From an uncultured Polaribacter sp. (GTDB taxonomy: Bacteria; Bacteroidota; Bacteroidia; Flavobacteriales; Flavobacteriaceae): 64,000 nt of DNA. Below the pieces are notes generated by a model, which saw only the letters and a program-made list of their open reading frames with translations, did no database searches and was not told the origin of the DNA. Location of the stretch: NCBI RefSeq assembly GCF_947500975.1, contig NZ_CANMUE010000008.1, positions 16,690 to 80,689 of the forward strand. The letters are read 5' to 3'. Every line of letters begins with the position of its first letter. The first letter of the stretch is position 1. Both the position numbers and the translations under genes were made by a program. Below are positions 29,130-38,980 of the stretch, in pieces.

Positions 29130-30170
29130 GTGAAGATTTTTAATAAAGAAATAAGTTTAAAACAAATTTTAATAGTAATTATACTATTATTAATAAGCAA
29201 TAGCACTAAAATATTTTTCTTTTATAGCTTACGCACCAACACTAATTCTAGTGACATTGATTTTTATGATTATTTTGATCACATCTCTGTTTTTATTTTT
29301 TCTATACTTTCAGTACTGTCGGTTATTTTTTCTTGGAAAATCATTAACAAGATAGATATTACAAATACAATTTTAAAATTTGTTAAGGTCTATATTTTAT
29401 CTTTTTTTATATTTACCTTCTTAGGTGTTTTTATAGATTATACTGTTTTACATGTTATTTTAAGTAGTAAATCGGAATATAATATTGTAGCTAGGAGTTT
29501 AAATACAATGTCTGTAGCTTTTATTTTGGCTGATATTTTTGCACTTACTTCAGCCTTTTTATATTTCAGACAGTCGCAAAAAATTACACTAGAATTAGAA
29601 CAAACCGAAAAGGAAAAAGCCATTTTACAATCGCAAATATTACAAAAGAATTTAGAGCCCCATTTTTTATTCAATAATTTGAGTGTTTTATCAGGGTTAG
29701 CTAGAAAAAAACCGAATCAAATAGAAGATTTTATTGAAGATTTTTCAGATGTTTATCATTATTATTTAAAACATGGAAAAAAGCAATTGGTTGAGTTAAA
29801 AGATGAACTCTCTTTTTTAATAAGCTATATGAATTTAATGGAAAAACGGTTTGGAAATGCTTATAAAATTCAAAATAGTATTAAAAATACAACTGGTTTT
29901 ATCATCCCCTGCTCATTACAATTATGTATAGAAAATGCAATAAAACATAATAAAGCAAGTGAAGAAAATCCGTTACTGATTTCACTATCATCAGAAGAAG
30001 ACACTTTAATAATCAAAAACAAAATAAATAAAGTAGATTTTACGCTTGGTACTGGAACCGGAAATGATTATTTAAAACGTCAATATCAACTCAATTTTAA
30101 CAAAGACGTTATTTTTACAGAAACTAATCATAATTTTATTGTTGAAATCCCTTTAATTTCAGAAATATGA
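29130..30170 (+). CDS. LytS-type membrane sensor histidine kinase
   Basis: N-terminal TM helices; NLEPHFLFNNL, LKDEL.F...Y, LQLCIENAIKHN, GTG..YL. Confidence 0.92.
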   Translation: MKIFNKEISLKQILIVIILLLISNSTKIFFFYSLRTNTNSSDIDFYDYFDHISVFIFSILSVLSVIFSWKIINKIDITNTILKFVKVYILSFFIFTFLGVFIDYTVLHVILSSKSEYNIVARSLNTMSVAFILADIFALTSAFLYFRQSQKITLELEQTEKEKAILQSQILQKNLEPHFLFNNLSVLSGLARKKPNQIEDFIEDFSDVYHYYLKHGKKQLVELKDELSFLISYMNLMEKRFGNAYKIQNSIKNTTGFIIPCSLQLCIENAIKHNKASEENPLLISLSSEEDTLIIKNKINKVDFTLGTGTGNDYLKRQYQLNFNKDVIFTETNHNFIVEIPLISEI

Positions 30171-30910
30171 AAGTACTCATCATAGAAGACGAAGCTATAA
30201 ATATTGAAATTATTACAGATCATATTCTTCGATATAATAATACTGTTGAAATTGTAGCTTCATTAAAAAGTAAAGAAGAAATTGATAAATGGTATAAAAC
30301 CAATGATCAAGTAGACTTGGTGTTTTCTGATATTGAATTGTTAGACGGAAATGTGTTTTCTTTATTAAAAACCAATATTATAAAATCGCCCATTATTTTT
30401 ACAACGGCATATAACACTTTTTACCAAGATGCTTTTGATGTAAACGGAATTGCTTATTTACTAAAACCAATTAGCTATAATAAGTTTAGTAAAGCGATGA
30501 AAAAGTTTGAAAGCATACAAAACAAAGAGGTTGATTGGAAAAAAATATCAGAAACAATTCATGGATTAAATAAAAGTTATAAAGAACGTATTATCATAAA
30601 AACGAAAGCGGAAATAAAAATTTTAAACACAAAAAATACGGGTGCAATCTTATCTAATTCTGGAAAATGTATTGCGATTGATGAAAACGGAAAAGAAAAT
30701 GAATTTCGTTACAAATTATCCGATTTAATAAAAGAGTTAAACCCAAAAGAGTTTTTTCAAATTAATCGTGGTGAAATTGTAAATATCAATTTTATCCAAA
30801 AAATTGAGCCTTATTTTGGAGATAGATTGGCAATTTCAATTAAAAACTATAAACAGCATTTAATTACAAGTGCATCCACAACAAGTGAATTTAGAAAATG
30901 GATTGAGTAA
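30167..30910 (+). CDS. LytTR family response regulator
   Basis: IIEDE, FSDIELLDG, IIFTTAY, YLLKP; C-terminal FFQINRGEIVN. Confidence 0.94.
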   Translation: MKVLIIEDEAINIEIITDHILRYNNTVEIVASLKSKEEIDKWYKTNDQVDLVFSDIELLDGNVFSLLKTNIIKSPIIFTTAYNTFYQDAFDVNGIAYLLKPISYNKFSKAMKKFESIQNKEVDWKKISETIHGLNKSYKERIIIKTKAEIKILNTKNTGAILSNSGKCIAIDENGKENEFRYKLSDLIKELNPKEFFQINRGEIVNINFIQKIEPYFGDRLAISIKNYKQHLITSASTTSEFRKWIE

Positions 30911-30953
30911 AAGTTAGCAATTGCTATAAATCTGGTAAGTATAGAATTCACAA

Positions 30954-30979
30954 AAAACCTAAGCAAAAGCTTAGGTTTT
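30954..30979. terminator. Bidirectional terminator
   Basis: AAAACCTAAGC-aaaa-GCTTAGGTTTT between convergent genes. Confidence 0.85.
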
Positions 30980-30996
30980 AAGTATTTTAAGAAAAA

Positions 30997-31407
30997 CTAT
31001 TTCTTAGCTAATAAATCTCTAATTTCAGCTAATAAATCTTCTTGACTTGGTCCTGCTGGAACAGCTGGAGCTTCTTCCTCTTTCTTTTTAGTTTTATTGT
31101 ATGCTTTTACAATCATAAACATTACAAAACCTACAATTATTAAATTAATAATTGTGTCTATCCAAGCACCATAAGTTATTGCATTTTCTGGAGTAATTAC
31201 TTTTCCTGCAGCATCGGATACAGCTTCTGATAAAACATATTTTTTATCTGCTAAACTTACATCACCTGTAAACATACCAACAACTGGCATAACTATATTA
31301 CTTACAAAACCTTTTACTACAGCTCCAATTGCACCTGCCATAATTACTGCTACTGCAAATTCAATTACATTACCTCCAGTAATAAATTCTTTAAATTCTT
31401 TTAACAT
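30997..31407 (-). CDS. mscL: Large-conductance mechanosensitive channel
   Basis: MLKEFKEF..GNV...AVAVI.AGA, YG......IN..IV, LL.EIRDLL. Confidence 0.97.
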   Translation of the reverse strand: MLKEFKEFITGGNVIEFAVAVIMAGAIGAVVKGFVSNIVMPVVGMFTGDVSLADKKYVLSEAVSDAAGKVITPENAITYGAWIDTIINLIIVGFVMFMIVKAYNKTKKKEEEAPAVPAGPSQEDLLAEIRDLLAKK

Positions 31408-31451
31408 TCTGATTAATTTTAATTGTTAGGTTGTAAAAATAGTGAAAAATA

Positions 31452-32552
31452 TTAAGATTTTAACGTTTTTTTAACACGTTGAGAAATAGCAGTCAAAGTC
31501 TCATAAACAATTGTTTCTGAGATATTTGAATTATGCTGAATCATCTCTTGAGTATTAAAAATGATCACCTCATCACCTTCTTTACAATCAATTTTTGTAA
31601 CATCAACCATAATCATATCCATACAAACATTTCCAATAATTGGTGCTTTTTGATTATTGATGATTACAAAGCCTTTTTTATTACCTAATCTTCTTGATAT
31701 TCCATCTGCATGACCAATAGGAATTGTGGCAGACTTACTTGGTCTTTTAGCTACAAAAGATCTATTATAACCAACAGTTTCACCAGGTTGTATTAAATGA
31801 ATTTGGGAAATTATTGATTTTAAATTATGTGTATTTTTTAGTTGTAAAGTTTCTTCTTTGGTATTTCCAAAACCAAATAAACCAATACCAATCCTAACCA
31901 TATCAAATTGTGCCTGAGCGTAGTTTACAACTCCAGATGTATTTAAAATATGCAACATTGGTTGGTAATCTAAATGCTTATAAAACTGCTGTGCTATATA
32001 TGCAAAATTGTTTATTTGATTTATAGTAAACTCTTTTTCTTCCAAATCTTCACTAGCTGCTAAATGAGAAAAAATTGAAACTACTTTTACATGATTTGTT
32101 TCTTGTAAACTTGTTAGTATTTTAGGTATATCATTATGCCAAAAACCCAATCTATTTAAGCCTGTATTAAACTTTATATGAATTGGATAATTCATTAAAG
32201 GAGCTTTGTCTGCTAATTTTAAAAAAGCATTAAAAATTTTAAAATTATATAAATTTGGTTCTAATCTATAATCTACTATAGGCTGTAAATTTGGTATTTG
32301 TGGATGTAAAACTAATATTGGTTTTTTAATTTCCGCTTCTCTTAATGCAATACCCTCTTGTGTATAAGCAACAGCAAAATAATCTACCTTATTTTCTATG
32401 TATTTTGCAACTTTTACGCCATCACTTCCATAACCAAAAGCTTTAACAACAGCTAAAATTTTTGTTTTAGACTCTAATTTTTGTTTAAAATAATTGAGAT
32501 TGTGGTCTAATGCTTTTCCATCAATTTCTAAAACAGTTACATGATTATTCAT
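31452..32552 (-). CDS. alr: Alanine racemase
   Basis: AVVKAFGYG (PLP Lys), HIKFNTGLNRLG, FSHLA, VGY, GNVCMD. Confidence 0.96.
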   Translation of the reverse strand: MNNHVTVLEIDGKALDHNLNYFKQKLESKTKILAVVKAFGYGSDGVKVAKYIENKVDYFAVAYTQEGIALREAEIKKPILVLHPQIPNLQPIVDYRLEPNLYNFKIFNAFLKLADKAPLMNYPIHIKFNTGLNRLGFWHNDIPKILTSLQETNHVKVVSIFSHLAASEDLEEKEFTINQINNFAYIAQQFYKHLDYQPMLHILNTSGVVNYAQAQFDMVRIGIGLFGFGNTKEETLQLKNTHNLKSIISQIHLIQPGETVGYNRSFVAKRPSKSATIPIGHADGISRRLGNKKGFVIINNQKAPIIGNVCMDMIMVDVTKIDCKEGDEVIIFNTQEMIQHNSNISETIVYETLTAISQRVKKTLKS

Positions 32553-32604
32553 TTTGTACTTAATTTATTTCAGTATCATTTTTAAGCTAAACTTGTTTAA
32601 TTAT

Positions 32605-33222
32605 CTAAGATTCTGATTTTTTAGAAGATAAATTTTCTTTTAATTTCTTTTTACTTGCTTTATAATAAGCAGCTCTACTTAAAGGCTCATATTCTTGAGT
32701 TTCACCCAGCATTACTAACTTATCGTTTTGCGCTTTTCTAAAACTATAATGCGCTAAATTCCCTGTATGAGTACAAACCGCATGTACTTTTGTTACATAT
32801 TCTGCAGTTGCCATTAAAGCAGGCATTGGACCAAAAGGATTGCCTTTAAAATCCATATCTAAACCAGCCACAATAACCCTAATACCTCTATTAGCTAAAT
32901 CGTTACAAACGGCTACTATTTCATTATCAAAAAACTGTGCTTCATCAATACCAACAACATCCACATCATTGGCTAATAATCTTATATTCGAAGCTACAGG
33001 AACAGGAGTTGAACGAATTCTAGAATCATTATGAGACACTACTTCTTCTTCATCATACCTTGTATCAACAGATGGTTTAAAAATTTCTACACGCTGTTTT
33101 GCAAATTGAGCTCGCTTTAAACGTCTTATTAATTCTTCCGTTTTACCAGAAAACATAGACCCACAAATAACTTCTATCCAACCAAATTGTTCTGTATGAT
33201 TTACTGTATTTTCAAGAAACAT
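32605..33222 (-). CDS. tdk: Thymidine kinase
   Basis: [36 protein letters not shown]. Confidence 0.97.
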   Translation of the reverse strand: MFLENTVNHTEQFGWIEVICGSMFSGKTEELIRRLKRAQFAKQRVEIFKPSVDTRYDEEEVVSHNDSRIRSTPVPVASNIRLLANDVDVVGIDEAQFFDNEIVAVCNDLANRGIRVIVAGLDMDFKGNPFGPMPALMATAEYVTKVHAVCTHTGNLAHYSFRKAQNDKLVMLGETQEYEPLSRAAYYKASKKKLKENLSSKKSES

Positions 33223-33344
33223 TTTGTAAATTTAGGCGTTCTTTTTTATATAATTTGTTTTACTTTGAGTTTCAACAAATTTAGGAATATTTACGAGTTA
33301 AAAATAATTTATGCTGAACTTGTTTCAGTAACAACCTACAACTT

Positions 33345-34145
33345 ATGCACAAAAAACTAGAAAGAGATTTAATGAGTTTAGCACACAGTGTTTTACAAAT
33401 GAAAAACAAAGAAGATGTTATTGAATTAAAAGAAAAAGCAAAGGATCTTTATGAAAAATTATCTGTACTTTCTTTTGTTGAAGAATATATAAAAACTACT
33501 CCTAATTTAACAGAAACTAAAGAAGAACTGGTTGATAAAATTGAAGATTCATTTTTATTAAAAGAAGCAATTACTGAACACGAAGCTGTTTTTGAAACTG
33601 AAGTTGAAACTACAACTGAAGCAGAAGAACTACCTAATAAAATTAACGAAACAGTAATTGAAGAAGTTGTAACTGATGAAATTATTTCTAATAAAGATGT
33701 AATTAAAGAGGAAGAAATTGAACAACCTTTTGATGAATTAGAAACTTTAATGTTTTCTACTAATGATACCGCAGTAGACTTTAAAAATGATGTAAAAGAC
33801 GTCGCTGGAATAAAAAATGCAACTTTAGAAGAAGAACTAAAAGATACACTTTCTGTTGATTTAATGGCCGATTTATTTGAAACTGCACAACCCATAAAAT
33901 CATTAAATGACAAATTATCTTCTAACATTCAAATTGATTTAAATGACAGAATTGCATTTGTAAAAAACTTGTTTGATAATAATCAAGAAGATTATAATAG
34001 AGTCGTTTCTCAATTAAACACTTTTAAAACCAAAAAAGAGGCTAATAAATTTATTATAAACATGGTAAAACCTGATTATAATTGGTCTGAACATGAAGAA
34101 TTAGAAGCGCGTTTTATCGAAATAATTGAACGCAAATTTGCATAA
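33345..34145 (+). CDS. Conserved acidic hypothetical protein
   Basis: 266-aa ORF; helical N-terminus, E/T-rich linker, C-terminal IDLNDRIAFVK.LF domain. Confidence 0.75.
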   Translation: MHKKLERDLMSLAHSVLQMKNKEDVIELKEKAKDLYEKLSVLSFVEEYIKTTPNLTETKEELVDKIEDSFLLKEAITEHEAVFETEVETTTEAEELPNKINETVIEEVVTDEIISNKDVIKEEEIEQPFDELETLMFSTNDTAVDFKNDVKDVAGIKNATLEEELKDTLSVDLMADLFETAQPIKSLNDKLSSNIQIDLNDRIAFVKNLFDNNQEDYNRVVSQLNTFKTKKEANKFIINMVKPDYNWSEHEELEARFIEIIERKFA

Positions 34146-35139
34146 AAATCTTTTTTTGAAACCCTTTTTAATTCATACACATTTTCATAAACGCAAAACT
34201 GGAGTTACCAGGAGTATAGAAAATGTGCTTCCTTTTTTTAGTGATGAGTTTGAAACTTACGTATATGGTTATAATGTTGATGGAGTAAAAATTAACACAC
34301 CTAAACTAAAAAAAATATTATTTTCTAACCAAAAGGTTACAGTACATTGTCATCGAAATAATGAAATTCTAAGAATGTTATGGTATCGTTTTTTGGGAGC
34401 AAATTTTTTATTGATTGCAACACGGCATTCAGAAACTATGCCTTCTCGTTTAACTAAATTTTTACTAAAAAAAGCCGATAAGGTTATTACTTTAATTAAT
34501 AGTGTTAGTAGCAACTTAAAAATTAAAAATACTGTAATTGGACATGGAATTAAAATTAACGAATTTGAGCCTAAAAAAAATGTTATTTTAAATGATATAA
34601 AACAAGAAAATATTATTTTAAATGCTGGTAGAGTTAGAAAAGCAAAAGGACAATTAACTTTATTAGAAGCCGCAAAAACATTAAAAAACCATGATAACTG
34701 GGCATTGGTAATTGTTGGTCAAGTTGATAAACCTGAATTTTTATCAGAATTAAAATCAATAACTAAAAAGCATAACATAGAAAATCAAGTTTATTTTGTA
34801 GATGAAACCAGAGACATTATTTCTTATTATCAAGCGGCAAAAATTGTAATTGCTCCAAGTTTTTCTGAAGGATTTTCTTTGGTTACTGCAGAAGCAATGG
34901 CTTGTGAATGTTCAGTAATTGCTACTAAAAATGTAGGTGTGCATTCTGATTTAATTACACATAAAAAAAACGGTTATTTGTTTGAAGCAGGAAATGTTGA
35001 AGAGTTAAAAACAATATTATCAAAAAATATTACAGGAGAGTTTCCACTTTTAGGACAAGCGGCTAGAGAAGAAATTGTAAACAATTGGAGTGCAAAAAAA
35101 GAAGCAAAAAAATTAATGAAAATATATCAATCAAATTAA
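34126..35139 (+). CDS. Glycosyltransferase family 4 (LpcC-like)
   Basis: SFSEGFSLVTAEAMACE (GT4 EX7E), GRVRKAKG; N-terminal KRKTGVT and HRNNE. Confidence 0.85.
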   Translation: MNANLHKNLFLKPFLIHTHFHKRKTGVTRSIENVLPFFSDEFETYVYGYNVDGVKINTPKLKKILFSNQKVTVHCHRNNEILRMLWYRFLGANFLLIATRHSETMPSRLTKFLLKKADKVITLINSVSSNLKIKNTVIGHGIKINEFEPKKNVILNDIKQENIILNAGRVRKAKGQLTLLEAAKTLKNHDNWALVIVGQVDKPEFLSELKSITKKHNIENQVYFVDETRDIISYYQAAKIVIAPSFSEGFSLVTAEAMACECSVIATKNVGVHSDLITHKKNGYLFEAGNVEELKTILSKNITGEFPLLGQAAREEIVNNWSAKKEAKKLMKIYQSN

Positions 35140-35157
35140 TTTAAAACAATAACTGAT

Positions 35158-35184
35158 TGTAACAAATTTTATTGGTAATCGTCT
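35158..35184 (+). promoter_or_regulatory. Putative ECF-sigma promoter upstream of the DUF4252 gene
   Basis: TGTAAC-N15-TCGTCT. Confidence 0.5.
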
Positions 35185-35203
35185 GAAAAGAAAACCAAGT
35201 ATT

Positions 35204-35680
35204 ATGAAACAAATTACAACCATTTTATGCGCACTTTTTATGATAAGTGCTGTTGCACAAGAAACTACTTTTAAAAAATTTTACAAAAAGCACAAAGAAC
35301 AATCTGCTTTTTCCATTAATTTATCAGCCTCTTTTGCAGGTTCTTTTTTAGATGAAGGAGATAATGAGGATTTACAAAAACTACTAAAAAAATCAGGCGA
35401 TTTTAAATTAATGATCTTTAATAACGAAGACGCTTCTGTATCTAAAGACTTTAAAAAGTATATCAAAAAAAATAACTTAAAAACTATGGCACGTGTAAAA
35501 GGAGACGATGGTAAAGCCGCTTTTTACATTTTAGAAAAAAATGACATTGTAAAAGAAATCGTCTTACAAGCTAATAGTGATAATGATAAAGTTGTTTTGT
35601 TCGGATTAAAAACTAATTTAACTATGGATGAATTAGCAGAAATGATGTCTAATTCAGACATAAAATTTTCATCAAAATAA
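35204..35680 (+). CDS. DUF4252 family secreted protein
   Basis: Signal peptide; F.KFY.K, EIVL, VVLFG.KT. Confidence 0.7.
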   Translation: MKQITTILCALFMISAVAQETTFKKFYKKHKEQSAFSINLSASFAGSFLDEGDNEDLQKLLKKSGDFKLMIFNNEDASVSKDFKKYIKKNNLKTMARVKGDDGKAAFYILEKNDIVKEIVLQANSDNDKVVLFGLKTNLTMDELAEMMSNSDIKFSSK

Positions 35681-35689
35681 AAGCTTAAA

Positions 35690-35720
35690 AAAAGAGAAGA
35701 TTTAACCAATCTTCTCTTTT
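35690..35720. terminator. Bidirectional terminator overlapping the stop codon of the ArsC-family gene
   Basis: AAAAGAGAAGATT-taacc-AATCTTCTCTTTT. Confidence 0.75.
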
Positions 35721-36049
35721 AAACTTTCAATTACTTTTTTGCTATTTCCAATAAAAATTTCACCATCAAGTATAAAAACAGGACGTTTTAAAAACGTGTA
35801 TTCATCCAAAATAAACTGTTTGTAATCAGCTTCGGTTAAAACCTGATTCTTTAAATCCATAGATTTATACAACTTTGCACGTTTGTTAAACAAAGCTTCA
35901 TAACTTCCAGAAAGTTTGTGCATTTCTTCTAATTGAGAAACAGAAACGTTATTTGCTTTTATTTCTTGGCGCTCAAAATCATCAATATTTACCTCTTTTA
36001 AAATTCGTCTGCAAGTATCACAAGTTTGCAAAAAATATACTTTCTTCAT
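35702..36049 (-). CDS. ArsC/Spx family (arsenate reductase-like) protein
   Basis: CDTCRR, LFNKRA, FLKRPV. Confidence 0.88.
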   Translation of the reverse strand: MKKVYFLQTCDTCRRILKEVNIDDFERQEIKANNVSVSQLEEMHKLSGSYEALFNKRAKLYKSMDLKNQVLTEADYKQFILDEYTFLKRPVFILDGEIFIGNSKKVIESLKEKIG

Positions 36050-36091
36050 TTTTTATCAATTATATTTACATTTTCAAAATTACACATAAAA

Positions 36092-36547
36092 ATGAAGAAT
36101 CAATTTGATGTTTTAAGAAAATCTAGAGAACTTGTTCTAAAAGAATTAGAAGGTTTAACATTAGCAGAAATACACGCAATACCTGAAGGGTTTAAAAATA
36201 ATATTGCTTGGAATGTTGCACATTTAGTAGTAACCCAACAACTTTTACATTATAAATTATCTGGTTTAAACCCTTTATGTCCAGATGATTTAATTGACGC
36301 ACATAGAAAAGGTACATCTCCAACAAAAATATTTACAGAAGAAGAATTTGAAGAAGTAAAAGAACTTTTAATTGGTTTACCAGATACTTTAGAAGAAGAT
36401 TTTAATGCAGGTATTTTCGAAAACTATAATGAGTATCCAACAAGTACTGGCTTTGTTTTATCCTCAATAGAAAACGCTATACCTTTTAATAATTTTCACG
36501 AAGGAATACATTATGGAATCATAAGATCTATTAAAAAGTTTTTGTAG
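36092..36547 (+). CDS. DinB family protein
   Basis: Start at ATG 36092; IPEGFKNNIAWNVAH, FNNFHEGIH.G. Confidence 0.88.
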   Translation: MKNQFDVLRKSRELVLKELEGLTLAEIHAIPEGFKNNIAWNVAHLVVTQQLLHYKLSGLNPLCPDDLIDAHRKGTSPTKIFTEEEFEEVKELLIGLPDTLEEDFNAGIFENYNEYPTSTGFVLSSIENAIPFNNFHEGIHYGIIRSIKKFL

Positions 36548-36570
36548 AAGCTATTTACAACTTTCGCTAT

Positions 36571-38226
36571 TTATTCAATTTTAAAATTCTCTTCTAAAAA
36601 ATAATTGGCTCTTAAATCGGCATTATTTATTTCAGAATGATATATAATTTTCTCTGGAGAAATTCTTTTCAAGAAATTACCAGTATCCCATTTATTGTTT
36701 TTATTTTCATCAATAATAGCTCTAATAGTATATTTTTTAGGCTCTAACAAATCAAATACAATAGTTTGAGATTTGCTTATAAAAACACGTTCAACTAATT
36801 TGTTTTGGTCTTTACCTGAAAGAATTTCAATAATTAAATTTTTAGAATTTATATTGTTTATATTTAAAGTAATTCTACCATAATCATCTAACTCTTTAGT
36901 TGAAAAACCATAGTTTAAAGTGTCATTTTTAACATCAAAAACATCAACTAATGAGTTGGGCAAAAACTTAAAATTATATTTTTCTTTAGGTTTTTTATCA
37001 AAAATAAATCCAATTTTATTTTCTTTTTTAGATAATAGAGTTTTAAACTTAACAGCAATAGTGTCTTTATCTACCAAGCTTATTTTGCTTGTATCAATCT
37101 TTATAATTGGATTATTTGTTTTTAAATAAAAAGTATCTCTTAAATGTAAAATACCATTTATTGATGAGCTAATTATTAAAGAATCTATTTTTTTCTTTCT
37201 CAATTTAACGGTTACAGTATCTATAATAGATTTATTTTTTACAATAAAATTTAAAGAATCTGCTTCAAAAGGAGTAAACCAATAATTTAAAGTGTCTTTA
37301 TTAACTTCGTATTTAGAAATACTTTTAAAATCTTTAGGTACTTTTGATAGCATTTCGATTTGTAAATTTCTTGAATCTCCTTCAAAGCCAAATTCAATTT
37401 TACCTTTAGTAACTTCTTTCCCTCTCTTAAAAGTATATGGTTTAGTTTCTTTAAATAATACAATAGGTTTTTTTATAATACTATCTCTAGGCAATTGAAT
37501 TGTATCTGTTAAAAAACCAATTTTATCTGTCTTTGCATTAAAAATATAATCATTAGAAGGTTCTTGTAATGCTAACATTAAATACTTTCCTTTTTTTAAG
37601 TTAGTAAAATTAAAAACGGTAGTATCTAGTGCACTTGCAATATAATTTGGTTTCTTTTTGTAAACAATAGAATCATTAAATGAACTGTCTAATTTATATA
37701 ATAAAACATTTACATTTTTAGGTGTTTCAAAAAGTGTTGCATCTTTAATAGATCCTTTAATATTAAGAGAATCTATATATTTTCCGGTAGAAAAAACATA
37801 TTTAAAATTTTCTAATTTATTAGATTCATTATTGTCTTCAATGGCATCACCAAAATTAAAAATATAGGTAGTATTTGCTATTAAAGTATCTAAAATTTTA
37901 ATTTTTAAAAACTTAGTTGCTGAACCTTGAGGAGATACTAAGGCTGGGTTTTTTAATGGTGGCGAAACCACTAATTTTTTGTTTAAATCCTTTAATTTTA
38001 CATATTCATTAAACTGAATTTTTATTTCTTTTTTGTCAAAGTTAATGCTCTCATAAGGTGGATTTGCATTTACAAACAACGGTGCTTCTTCATCTTTAGG
38101 ACCACCTTCTGGCCTACCAATTTTAGCACATTTTACCAAAATTGTTGTTATAAATAATAAAAAAATAAATCTAAAAATTGATTTCACAAAGTCTAATTTT
38201 AAACAAAGAAACAACTTATTTTTCAT
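36571..38226 (-). CDS. Ig-like (Big_5) domain lipoprotein
   Basis: Lipobox LVKC followed by A...P.GGPKD, F.EYVKL, NTTYIFNFG.AI.DNNE; true start may be GTG near 38187. Confidence 0.8.
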   Translation of the reverse strand: MKNKLFLCLKLDFVKSIFRFIFLLFITTILVKCAKIGRPEGGPKDEEAPLFVNANPPYESINFDKKEIKIQFNEYVKLKDLNKKLVVSPPLKNPALVSPQGSATKFLKIKILDTLIANTTYIFNFGDAIEDNNESNKLENFKYVFSTGKYIDSLNIKGSIKDATLFETPKNVNVLLYKLDSSFNDSIVYKKKPNYIASALDTTVFNFTNLKKGKYLMLALQEPSNDYIFNAKTDKIGFLTDTIQLPRDSIIKKPIVLFKETKPYTFKRGKEVTKGKIEFGFEGDSRNLQIEMLSKVPKDFKSISKYEVNKDTLNYWFTPFEADSLNFIVKNKSIIDTVTVKLRKKKIDSLIISSSINGILHLRDTFYLKTNNPIIKIDTSKISLVDKDTIAVKFKTLLSKKENKIGFIFDKKPKEKYNFKFLPNSLVDVFDVKNDTLNYGFSTKELDDYGRITLNINNINSKNLIIEILSGKDQNKLVERVFISKSQTIVFDLLEPKKYTIRAIIDENKNNKWDTGNFLKRISPEKIIYHSEINNADLRANYFLEENFKIE

Positions 38227-38242
38227 ATTAAAATCATAAAAT

Positions 38243-38929
38243 TTACTCTGTATAAGCGATTGTTAAAATACTAATATTACAATTTTTTGATTTCAAAAAC
38301 TCATTTGCACAAGCTTCTAAAGTTGCTCCAGTAGTAATAACATCATCAATTATTAAAACATTTTTATTATCAAAATAAGATGAATCGTCTAATAAAAACT
38401 TAGTATCATTATTTGTAAATCGTTCAAAACGAGCCTTAAAGGTTTGTGTTCTAGTTAATGAAACCCTTTTTAATTTACCTTCAATCAAAGGTTTATTTAA
38501 GTAAAAACTCAAACGCTCACCAAATTTAGTAACCTGATTATAACCTCTTTCTTTTAATTTTTCGGGATGTAAAGGAACAGGAATTATATAATCTATATTT
38601 TTAAATTCTTGATTTTTATTTAAAATTTCTCCAAGCCAATTACCAAAAAAAACACCAACATCTTCATTTCCTTTGTATTTTAAATCGTGAATTAATTTTT
38701 GTGTTACACCTTCTTTTCTAAAGAATAATAATGCAAATGCTTTTTCAACTAAAACTCTACCATAAAATGTTTGAGTTACCTTATTATTTTTATAATTAAT
38801 AAAATTTGTAAGCGGTAAATCGTGTCTGCAAAGTGTACAAATTGTAGTTTCGTTTTGTGTTAAATTTTCTTCGCAAATTGCGCATAATTTTGGATAAAAA
38901 AGATAGAATAAGTCTTTAAAAAATAGCAT
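38243..38929 (-). CDS. comF: ComF family protein (double zinc ribbon + PRTase)
   Basis: CAIC, CTLC, PVPLH, RGYNQ, IDDVITTGATL. Confidence 0.9.
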   Translation of the reverse strand: MLFFKDLFYLFYPKLCAICEENLTQNETTICTLCRHDLPLTNFINYKNNKVTQTFYGRVLVEKAFALLFFRKEGVTQKLIHDLKYKGNEDVGVFFGNWLGEILNKNQEFKNIDYIIPVPLHPEKLKERGYNQVTKFGERLSFYLNKPLIEGKLKRVSLTRTQTFKARFERFTNNDTKFLLDDSSYFDNKNVLIIDDVITTGATLEACANEFLKSKNCNISILTIAYTE

Positions 38930-38980
38930 CTTTACGAAAAAATATTTTTAGAAATATACTTATTAAATTAAAAACAGCAA

